Part shown: one piece after another, positions 38,358 to 48,400 of the stretch
How the letters are laid out: each line of letters begins with the position of its first letter
How positions within the stretch are numbered: position 1 is the first letter of the stretch
DNA from: Opitutia bacterium
GTDB lineage: Bacteria > Verrucomicrobiota > Verrucomicrobiia > Opitutales > T3Sed10-336
DNA: 64,000 bases
Reading direction: 5' to 3'
Assembly (NCBI GenBank): GCA_050506795.1
Contig: JBJHCF010000024.1
Coordinates: 1 to 64,000 of the forward strand
Position numbers and translations under genes: made by a program
Notes under the pieces: model-generated
Seen by the model: the letters and a program-made list of their open reading frames with translations, nothing else
What the model was told of the DNA's origin: nothing
Database searches by the model: none

Positions 38358-40394
38358 ATGATGAAGAAGGTGACTGCAAGCTGTTCCTGTAAACCCTGGA
38401 CCGTGTTTCTGCTTTGCTGGGCGCTTGTGTTCTTCGGACACGCGGTGCCGGCGGAAGAGGTTACGTTTATTCACATCGGCGACACGCACTATGATACGAG
38501 CGGTGAGGATTATGAGGAAAAACGTGCCGCTCTCCGGCGGGCGATTCAAAAGATGAACGCCATACCCGGGACGCCGTATCCCGAGGACGTGGGCGGCGTG
38601 GTGGGTGAACCGATAGGTGTCTTCATCGTCGGAGATCTTACCGAGGCGAAGGAGTCGGACTTTGAAGCGTTTATCGAAGACTGGGGGCTTGCCGGAGGCG
38701 AAGGGCTCCTGGATTTTCCGGTCTACGAGGGCGCGGGTAATCACGACGGCCGGCCGTCCACCCACCCGAACGGTCACGTGCGTCGGGCCATCATCGAGCG
38801 CAACCCAAATCGCCCGCACCTCACAAGCCTCTCGGAGAATGGACTGCACTACGCAATTGATTACGGGAACGTTCACTTTGTGCAATTGAACGAATACGCC
38901 GGAATGGACGACGATGAACGCTATCCCGGGAATCCCGAATACAGGCGCAAAGGGCAGTCCTACGGCAATCCGGCTGAAAAGAGCCTCCAGTTTCTCAGAC
39001 GCACGCTGGAGGAAAACGTGGGCGACAGCGGCCGGCCGGTGATTCTGTTTCAGCATTACAGCATTGATGGATGGTCGCTTCACGCGTGGGGTAATTATCT
39101 GGCATGGTGGACCGAAGAGCATGTGCTTCGGTTGTGGGAAACGATTCAAGGCTATAATGTGATCGCACTGATGGTGGGGCACGATCATTCGCACCGGGTC
39201 AGCGAATGGAACGGTATTCCCGTTTACCACATGGATGCAGTACGCGGGTTCGCCGTGTACCGACTTCTTGGCGATGAAATGGTCCGCGTGGTTCGTAACC
39301 TGGAGGACGATACCTGGGGAGCGGTATCCCGCAGTTCGACGACAATCAATTCCTCGCCGCCTGCAGAAGTCGTACAGGGGCCGTATCTCGTGTATGACGG
39401 TGCCCCTTCGAGCATGACGGTCTTGTGGCGGACCGATCGGGAGGACGAGGTTGAGTTCCGTTGGGGAAGGGAACAATTCCAGTTCGAATTGGGTGAGGTA
39501 GAGATCGGGCCGCACGATGGGGAGAACTTTCTTTACCGGGTCGTCCTCGACGACCTTGAGCCGAACGCGCACTACACCTACCAGTTGCAGATCGGGGATT
39601 CCTACGATATCGGAATGTTTTTTAGCGCGCCGGAACCGGAGGCCGACAAGGTGAAATTCCTGGTGTACGGTTCGACCGCGACCGGTTTGGCCGAACTGGA
39701 GAACGTTTCCCGGGCGCTGTACGATCACATCTACGAAGACCCAGCCTACCATTCGATGCTTCTCCATGCCGGGAATTGGATCCCGCACGCCGAGGGGATC
39801 CGGGACTGGGATGAGTATTTCTTCTCGCGGGAAAGTTCCGTGCGGCACGCCCGGCATATTCTTGCGCGCCTGCCCATCGTCGGCGCCGCGGGGACTGAGG
39901 TCGGTGATCCGGCATTGTTCCGGGAATTGTTCCCTTACGATTTCGAGACTGGTATGTATTACTCCTTCCAATACGGACCCGTTCACGTAACCGTGATGGA
40001 TCCCGGGTCGGACTACTCGGAGGGATCGGCGCAGCATGCGTGGCTTGTGAATGATTTGACCGAGGCGACCGCACCCTGGAAGATCCTCGTCTACACCGGC
40101 GCGCACTCCTGGTCGGAGGAAGCGGAAGGAGGAGATCAGACCCGCCAGGTGCTGCTCCCATTGTGTGAAGAGCTCGGCGTGGACCTGGTAATCGATGGCC
40201 GTGCCGGCGGCTACCACCGGCAGAAGGCAGGTGAAATCGACTATATTCGCCTTGGTGCGGCGACCGATAACGAGGGCGATGATCCGCGCCGGATGTATTA
40301 TGGGGCGATCACGGTTGAGGGTCTAACAATGTCCCTTGAGGTCTTTGACGACACCCGAAATGCGCTCGACACGGTGGAGCTCTGGAAGGATTAG
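38358..40394 (+). CDS. Secreted calcineurin-like metallophosphoesterase fused to an FN3 + degenerate purple-acid-phosphatase-like domain
   Basis: Domain 1 has GDTH, GDLTE, GNHD, FQH, GHDH. Then QGPYL..MTVLWRT and a second MPE fold lacking the metal ligands. Confidence 0.85.
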   Translation: MMKKVTASCSCKPWTVFLLCWALVFFGHAVPAEEVTFIHIGDTHYDTSGEDYEEKRAALRRAIQKMNAIPGTPYPEDVGGVVGEPIGVFIVGDLTEAKESDFEAFIEDWGLAGGEGLLDFPVYEGAGNHDGRPSTHPNGHVRRAIIERNPNRPHLTSLSENGLHYAIDYGNVHFVQLNEYAGMDDDERYPGNPEYRRKGQSYGNPAEKSLQFLRRTLEENVGDSGRPVILFQHYSIDGWSLHAWGNYLAWWTEEHVLRLWETIQGYNVIALMVGHDHSHRVSEWNGIPVYHMDAVRGFAVYRLLGDEMVRVVRNLEDDTWGAVSRSSTTINSSPPAEVVQGPYLVYDGAPSSMTVLWRTDREDEVEFRWGREQFQFELGEVEIGPHDGENFLYRVVLDDLEPNAHYTYQLQIGDSYDIGMFFSAPEPEADKVKFLVYGSTATGLAELENVSRALYDHIYEDPAYHSMLLHAGNWIPHAEGIRDWDEYFFSRESSVRHARHILARLPIVGAAGTEVGDPALFRELFPYDFETGMYYSFQYGPVHVTVMDPGSDYSEGSAQHAWLVNDLTEATAPWKILVYTGAHSWSEEAEGGDQTRQVLLPLCEELGVDLVIDGRAGGYHRQKAGEIDYIRLGAATDNEGDDPRRMYYGAITVEGLTMSLEVFDDTRNALDTVELWKD

Positions 40395-40430
40395 AGCCTA
40401 CCCCAAAGACCTTCCGCTGTTCCGGCAACG

Positions 40431-42098
40431 TTAGGGGGGGGTCTCCTCTCCGGGCGTTTCCTTTTGAGATTCGCCATTAATACCGCCGAGTACGCGCCGG
40501 GTTTGGGTGGGGTCGATCAGGATGATTATGCCGATGATGGCGATTTGGATGACTCCGGCCACGAGAAGGAGGAGGGGGACGGAATCGATATCCAGACGGG
40601 CTGACGCCTGGATCGCCCATTCGGCGTTTTCCATGTAGCTCTCTGAGGCTCCCGCGAATTGACTGCCGATGATGCGGGAAACGTTCAAAAGGGCCATGTA
40701 GGCGGTGAATTGTGTCGCCGCCACCACCGGCCAGGAGATTTGCATGAACATCGCCCAAAGGGCCACCGTTAGGAGGCCGGTAAAGAATTGATCGACATGC
40801 ATGAAAAGGAGAACGGTGGAATCCTTGACCGCCGTGTGCAGAATAAAAGCGAAAGCGATCCAGGTGGCGCCGAGAAGCGCGGTGCCAATGCCGGCGATCA
40901 TTTTCACGCCGAAGCGGCTGCCCAGAAATCCGCCGAACAAGGCGGCGATCACCGCGGTCAAAACGGTTGTGCCGCTGTAAACGCTGTACCGTGCCTGCGT
41001 CCAGCCGCGGTAAACGAGCCATTCCGTCTCCGTCTCTCTGACGGTATACCGGGTGTTGCCAAAGACGATGACCCAACCCTCGAATTCCAACTCGGGATCC
41101 GGCTGCAGGCGTGCTTCGGCCTGGTCGGGCCGGTCGCGTGAGAAAAGGCGTACCAGCCACGGAAGCTCTTCTTCCGCGTCCACGGTTTCGCCGATGGCGT
41201 ATCCGGCCTCACGGAACTGCTCGAACACGATCGCCGGGATTTCACCGTCATCCAGGGCCGCCCTCACATCTTCTCCTCCGGAGATGCTGAAAATTTGTGT
41301 ATTCACGTCCTGGATGACAAACCGCTGAAAAATCAGTGAGGTCATCATCATGCCGACCATGACCGTAAGAGCCAGAAACACTCCGATAATGGTGGTGCGT
41401 AGACTGAAAGCACGGGCGATTCTTCGGGCGAGCTGAAAGATGTCCACGTTCTCCCTGGCAACGACTTCGGCGCGCGCCTGTCCCCTTGTCCATGGCATCA
41501 ACTTCTCACCTGAACGTTCACGCATCAGGATCGGAAACAGCAGAATCGTGATCTGCATTCCGGCCAGCACCCATAAGCCCGTGTGGAGGTTGTAGGAGCC
41601 GATAAGGAATCCCAGACCGGCGCTGCCCACAAAGGTTCCGATGTGAGATGAGGCGAACATGACCGCGTTGGCTTTCTCCCGCTCGCCGTCCTTGAGAATG
41701 TCGACCGCCATGGCGTCCACGCCCACGTCCTGCAGGGCGACGAAACAGTTGTGCAGCATCAAAACGATGCCGAGCAGGCGTATCTCGGAAGTGATATCAG
41801 GAACGCTGAGAATGGTGAGGGTCGAAACCACCATGCAACCCTGGGCGAGGATGATCCACGGTCGCCGCCTTCCCATTGAAAGGATGGTCCAGCGATCGAC
41901 GATCGGACCGAGCGCCCACTTGAAGGGCCAGGGCCACATGGCCATCGCCAGCAGGGTTCCGACTTCGCCGGTGGTCATTCCCTGCTCGTACATGTAACCG
42001 GTAAGGGCGACGGAGACGAAGCCCCAGGGCAGTCCCTGCGCCAGGTACATCACCGAAAGAAACGACATTTTTGCTCTGCGATTACTGGTAAGGTACAC
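40431..42098 (-). CDS. AmpG-like MFS permease with a ~100-aa soluble insertion
   Basis: YLAQGLPWG, PWPFKW..PIVD, GRRRPWI, QDVGVDAMAV, ATQFTAYMALLN. Confidence 0.85.
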   Translation of the reverse strand: MYLTSNRRAKMSFLSVMYLAQGLPWGFVSVALTGYMYEQGMTTGEVGTLLAMAMWPWPFKWALGPIVDRWTILSMGRRRPWIILAQGCMVVSTLTILSVPDITSEIRLLGIVLMLHNCFVALQDVGVDAMAVDILKDGEREKANAVMFASSHIGTFVGSAGLGFLIGSYNLHTGLWVLAGMQITILLFPILMRERSGEKLMPWTRGQARAEVVARENVDIFQLARRIARAFSLRTTIIGVFLALTVMVGMMMTSLIFQRFVIQDVNTQIFSISGGEDVRAALDDGEIPAIVFEQFREAGYAIGETVDAEEELPWLVRLFSRDRPDQAEARLQPDPELEFEGWVIVFGNTRYTVRETETEWLVYRGWTQARYSVYSGTTVLTAVIAALFGGFLGSRFGVKMIAGIGTALLGATWIAFAFILHTAVKDSTVLLFMHVDQFFTGLLTVALWAMFMQISWPVVAATQFTAYMALLNVSRIIGSQFAGASESYMENAEWAIQASARLDIDSVPLLLLVAGVIQIAIIGIIILIDPTQTRRVLGGINGESQKETPGEETPP

Positions 42099-42488
42099 AG
42101 TGATTGACCCTTTATCTGGTGATGGAATGTTCGTTTAACGCCAACGCGAAACGCGATTTAAGCCAACGGCTTCAAATCGTTAAGCTGGAATTTAGGGTTG
42201 AGTCAAGGACGCGCTTTAACCTCGTCCATACAGGGCATTTTATGGAATGCACTTGCTCCGGGCTTCGATTGTGTACATTAGTATTTTGCTAATGCTTGTC
42301 CTTATTAGTTGTTCGATATTTTTGCTGTAAGGCGGAATTAGAGAACTTATTCCTGAATCTCCGGTTGTTTGTGTACGTGAGGTATTGAGGGTGCTGATGA
42401 GATAGGCAATTCGACTGGCGGCGGATTGGTCGGCGATCCCACGACGAAACGCTCCCGGAAAACAAAAAAACTAAATTCAGCAAACTCT

Positions 42489-45400
42489 ATGATTCCCGCT
42501 CGCTTGAGGTTCGTATTGGTATCATTGATGGGCGCGATTATTGGCGCATTGGCTTTGCCGGCCGGCGACCTGCGAGGGGAGAATACGGCGCCTCTATCAT
42601 CTGGCGGTGGGTCGTTTTCGGACCAATTCGACTACGAACATGATTTTGTCGCTGACGGGGTGGAGGGTACCGGGTGGGACCGTGTCACCGGGGTGCAATC
42701 GGCGACCGGACCGAGAATCGAAGCACGCAACGGAGTTCTTCACATGACCTCCTCGGGAACCGCCGGTGACGCAAACCCGTTATCGATCGCGCGCGGGGTG
42801 CCGACGGGTGTCGACCTTCAGGCGACCGTGCAACTTGTTGATGCTCCGTCGCAAGGGAACACCTTTGAGCGGTCCTACGTCAATTTTTCGGCCCCCATGC
42901 TTTATATCGGTCGATCCGATAACGAAAGGGGCATCTCTCATTATGTTTCCCATCATTTTTTCGAAGCCTTTAATTTGGGTAACGGGATGCAGGTGGTGGA
43001 GAATTTTAACCGGACGCACGACGGTTCGTTTACCTCGGCACCGGGTTATCCCTGGATGCGAATTGAATTTGAACACCAAAACGCCCGTGTCAGGGCCTTG
43101 CGCAGTTTGGACGGCGAAAACTGGGAGGAATTCGGAAGCCGAACCCTTGAGGCATTAACCGCTTCCGGCGCCGAGTTGGAAATCGGATTGATACATGCCG
43201 TTTGGGGAGGCAACCCCGATCCGGATGATGCTTATATCGAGTGGGATAATTTCGAGATTAGGGAGCTGTTTGATAATCTGGAGATCACACTGATCGAGCC
43301 GCAGGAGGGATTTGATGAGCGGGATGATCCCGAGGTCACTTTTGTGGCGGAGGTTATTGACCGTGGAGGGGTGGGGATTGAAAGCGTTAGTCTGGTGATC
43401 GACGGCGAGGTGATCGCGACCGACACCTCCAGTCAGGAAGGGATCTACGCCTTTGTTCACAAGATCGAAAGCGAGGTCATTGAGTGGGAGATCGTTGCCT
43501 ATGATTGGGCGGGCGAGCGCTATGGCCAATCGCGGCGCCTGATTCGCGATCTCGGCGCCAGTCAATTGGATATCGGCGGGATTCCGCGTGAGTCGCTTCA
43601 TCGATCGAGCCGGAGAACGGGGCTTGTCATTTCGGAGATAATGTACCGTCCCGGCGCCTGGGCGGAGGGGCAGACCTTGGAATTCATCGAGTTGTACAAT
43701 TCGGAGCCCACAGCGGCCGATATTGGCGGCTGGCGGCTGGGAGGCGAGATCCGTTACGTGTTTCCGCAAGGCACGGTGATTCCGGGAGAGGGCTTTCTGG
43801 TGGTAGCGGCCAGTCCGGGACAGGTGGAGGCGGAGTATGGATTGTCCGGTGTTCTGGGCGGGTACGAGGGGACGCTGGACCGGAGCGAAGGGGAGGTGTT
43901 GCTGTATCACCGAAACGGAGGCGTTCTCCTGGAGGCGGCCTATTCCTCGGCGCATCCATGGGCGGCGGCGGCCGGCGGGGCTGGGCATTCACTGGTGCTG
44001 GCCCGTCCGTCGTACGGCGAGGGAAGCGCTACGGCCTGGGAGGCGAGCCGGGTTAGAGGCGGATCACCGGGAGCGCATGAGCCGGAGACCACGGCTGAGT
44101 TGGATGCCATTAAAATCAATGAGTTGCTCGCACGTGATGAAGCGGATGAGGTGACGGTTTCTTTTGTCGAGCTTTACAACCACAGCAGGGAACCGGTCGA
44201 CCTCTCGGGCGCCTTTCTGAGTGATCGGCCGGATGCAAATCGTTTTCAGATCCCGGAGGGCGTCATTGTTCCCGCCGGGGGTTTTCTGGCCTATGACGAA
44301 ACAGAATTGGGCTTTTCATTCGATGCTTCGGGCGGGGGCGTGTATCTGGTTAGCCCGGGTGAAGACCGGGTAATTGATGCCGTGCGTTTTGAACCGCTTG
44401 CCGACGGCGTGTCGCTGGGACGTTTTCCCGACGGCGCGCCGGAGTTTCGTCGCTTGGCCGAGCCGACCCCTGCGTCGCCGAACGGCGGGTTGTTCAACGG
44501 ACCGATCGTGATCAGCGAGATTATGTTCAACCCGATTTCCGGAAGCGAGCTGGATACGTATGTTGAATTGCACAATCGCGGCGATGATGTGGTGAACCTT
44601 GGCGGGTGGCGGTTTGCCGCCGGAATACGTTTTACTTTCCCCGCCGGCACAAGTCTCGCCCCGGGCGGTTACCTCGTTGTGGCCAGGGACAGGAACCGGC
44701 TTATCGACCGATACCCGAATCTCAATTCGGGAAATACCGTGGGGAATTTCGGCGGGAGGCTTTCGAATTCGGGAGAGCGTCTGGCCATCGCCATGCCGGT
44801 CTCACGCCCAGGCGGGAGAATTGAACATGTTGTGGTGAACGAAGTCACCTACCGTGACGGCGGGCGCTGGGGCGAGTGGGCGAATCGTGACGGCAGCAGT
44901 ATCGAATTGCGCGATCCGCGGAGCGATAATCGTCGCTCGGCCAACTGGACGCACAGCGACGAAAGCGAAAAGGGGGAGTGGACTCTGATCGAGCACACCG
45001 GTGTTATGAGTCATGGCAGCGGGCCGGCGGATCAACTGCACATCCTTTTGCCCTCGGCGGGACATGCCCTGATCGACGAAGTCGAGGTCCGCGTGGAGGG
45101 GGGGCCGAATCTCGTGACGAACGGCACCTTTGATAGCGGCATCCAGGGCTGGTTGGCTCAAGGGCATCACGTGACCTCCCACTGGTCGCCCGACGAGGGG
45201 TTTCAGGGGGGCGGCAGTTTGCGTCTGGAGGCGAGCGGTTCCGGCGATACCGGCGCGAACCGGGTACGCGTTCAGCTCGCCGAGGCGCTCCCGTCCGGAT
45301 CGACAGTCACCCTGCGGGCACGGGCGCGTTGGATTGCCGGGCACCCGCAGGTTTTGCTGCGCCTGCGGGGAAACTACCTGGAAGTGATGGGAGATCTGCA

Positions 45401-48400
45401 CGTCCCTTCAAACCTTGGAACGCCGGGCGCACCCAATTCGGTCCACCTAACGAACGCCGGTCCCGCGATTTACGACGCCCGGCATTCGCCGGTCCTCCCG
45501 GCCGCGAATCAACCGGTGGCCGTGACGGCGCGCGCACATGATCCTGACGGCGTATCCGGGTTAATATTGCACTACCGTGTCGATCCGGCCGGAGACTACA
45601 CCGCGGTGCCCATGTTGGACGATGGTGAAGGGAGGGACGCGGTTGCGGGCGACGGCCTCTATACCACGGTCATTCCCGGACAGGCCGCGAACACGTTGAT
45701 CGCCTATTACATCGAGGCGGTTGACGAGCAAGGGGCGACAGCCACCTATCCCGAAAACCCCTCGGAGTATGAAGCGCTCGTTCGGTTCGGTGACAGAAAC
45801 CGTCCGGGATCGTACCTGACCTACCACATGTGGTTTACGGACGAGGTCATAGAGGAGTGGGAGAGTCGCGAGGTGCTGAGCAATCGGCGCCTTCCGGGAA
45901 CGCTGGTGTACGGAAATCGTGTCATCCATAACATCGGCGCAAGGTATCGGGGCAGCCCCTGGAGACGACCCACGGGATTTTCGTTTCAGGTGCCGCGCGA
46001 CGAGCGCCTGTTGGGAGCCCGTGAGTTTAATCTGAATGGGATCCATCACACCGATTCCAGCGCGCAACGCGAGTTGATGGGCTACTGGATCGCGGAACAA
46101 ATAGGTTTGGCTTTCAGTCATCAAACCTACATTCATCTCTACCGGAATGGCAGGGGGCAGCAGTTGGGGGCCAACGTATTCACCGACATTCAGCATATCG
46201 AGTCGGAGTACTTGCAGTCCTGGTTTCCGGACGATGATCGCGGAGAGCTTTTCAAGATCGATGATTGGTTCGAGTTCACCCCTACCTTTAGCTTTATCTC
46301 GGTGCAAAACGCGCGATTACTCCCCTACCGGGAGGCGGACGGCACTCTGAAACAAGCCCGGTACCGTTGGAGTTGGAACAAACGTTCGAATCGTTGGCTG
46401 GACGACGATTATTCGAATCTGTTCCAATTGGTGGAAGCGGTGAATACCGAAGATGAGCAAAGGTACACCGCCGCCGTCGAATCCGTGGCGGATATCGAGC
46501 AGTGGATGCGGGTGTTTGCGATAAGACGCATTGTGAGCGACTGGGACGGATACGGTTATAATCGGGGCAAAAACGCCTGGACCTACAAACCGGAGCGCGG
46601 CCCGTGGCAGATGATTCTCTGGGATCTCGACAAAGGAATCGGCGCCGACAACAGTTCCCCCACCGCTTCTCTGTTTGGCGCCGACGATCCGGTGGTGGTG
46701 CGGATGTACAATCACCCTCCTTTTCGTCGGGCGTACTGGCGGGCGTTTCATGACGCCGTGCATGGGCCTTTGCTGGCTGGGGCGTTTGGCGCGAAGGTCG
46801 ATGCGAATTACGCGGCGTTCGTGGAGAACGGCCTCAATGTCACCGGAACGCAGCCGCTCAAGGATTGGATCAACACCCGGCGCAATTATCTGATCAATCA
46901 ACTGAATACGGTTCAGACGGATTTGGCGATCAATGGCACCGAGGTGGAAAATGGGCGGGTTGAGCTCGCTGGCGTTGCGCCCGTAGGAGCCCGGACTCTG
47001 ACCATCAACGGAGCCGAGTATCCCCTTATCTGGGACAGCGAGACTGAATGGCGTGTCACCTTGCCGCTGGATCGCGGCCAGAATCCCTTCGTTGTTCGGA
47101 GTTTCGACTCGAACGGCCAATTGCTGGATGAAACCGGCACCACCGTGAATTGGCCGTCCACGCCAGCCAATCCGGTAGTTTCTTTGGCGATCAACGAAAT
47201 TCTGTACCATCCCGCCGATCCCCGGACGGAGTTTGTCGAGATTCACAACACCTCGTCCGAGCACACGTTTTCGCTTGGCGGTTACCGGTTGGACGAGCTG
47301 GATTTTACATTTGCTCAAGGGACTCTGATCGAACCGGGCGCTTTTTTGCTCGTCGTGCGCGACCGAACGGCTTTTCAAAATGCCTTTGGCGTCGGCCGGC
47401 CGATCGCGGGCGAGTTTTCCGGGGCGTTTCCACAGCGGAACGTAAGCCTGCGACTTCTCCGTCCGGCGACCGACACCGTTTCAGGGTTGCTCCTTGATCA
47501 GGTCTATTATTTGCCGTCTCGCCCCTGGCCGTCGGCGGGATCGGCTTCCGGCAGTTCCTACCAGAGAGTCGATCCGGGACAAAGCGGCGATCATCCCGGG
47601 AATTGGGTCCTGGCGCCGCCCACCCCCGGCGAGCCGAATTCGGCGCGGGAGGATTTGCCCGCGTTCCCGTCGCTCTGGCTGAACGAGTTGCAGGCCGTCA
47701 ACACGGGAACGGTTACGGATGCCTTCGGGGAGGCCGGTCCGTGGGTGGAATTGTACTATTCGGGATCTCAGGTGCTGAGTCTGAATGGATTTTATCTTTC
47801 CAACGACGCGGATGATCTGGCGATGTGGACGTTTCCTCAGGGGGCGACGATCGAGCCGGCATCGTACGCCTTGGTTTGGCTTGACGGGCAATCCGGACTG
47901 ACGGAATCCGATGAATGGCACGCGTCGTTTGCCATGGATGCGGATGCCGGGGAACTCTTTCTGTCGCGGGAAGCGGAAGGCGAACATCGCGTGATCGATG
48001 CCATTGGATATGATGGATTGCCGGCTGGACATTCGGTGGGACGCCATCCCGACGGTGCGGGGGCCGCTCCGGTCAGATTGTCGTCGCCGACACCGGGGTC
48101 GCCGAACTCGATTCCACCGCTGAGTCTGCTGCATTACTGGAACTTCAACGATTCGGAGGACCTGTTGGGTTCGTCCTACACTGTGGGCGGCGGGTCGTTG
48201 ACTGTCGAGGAGGGTGTTTGGGGTGAGGCGTTCGCCGATGACGGACAAGGCTTCGCCGGGACCAACGCCCGATTCGGCGATCCGGCGGGAACGCATCTGC
48301 GATTCAATTTCCCGCTGGTGGGCTCGATCACTATCGCGGCATCGACGACCGGCCACCAGGATGTCACGCTTTCCTATGAAACGAGCCGGTCGGGTCAGGG

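Noticed and set aside
37560..40217. 885-aa minus-strand ORF, and similar long antisense ORFs such as 29112..31058, 26819..28378, 17415..18779 and 19681..20955
   Set aside because: They lie antisense to well-supported genes and have no recognisable motifs; such shadow ORFs are expected from high-GC codon bias.
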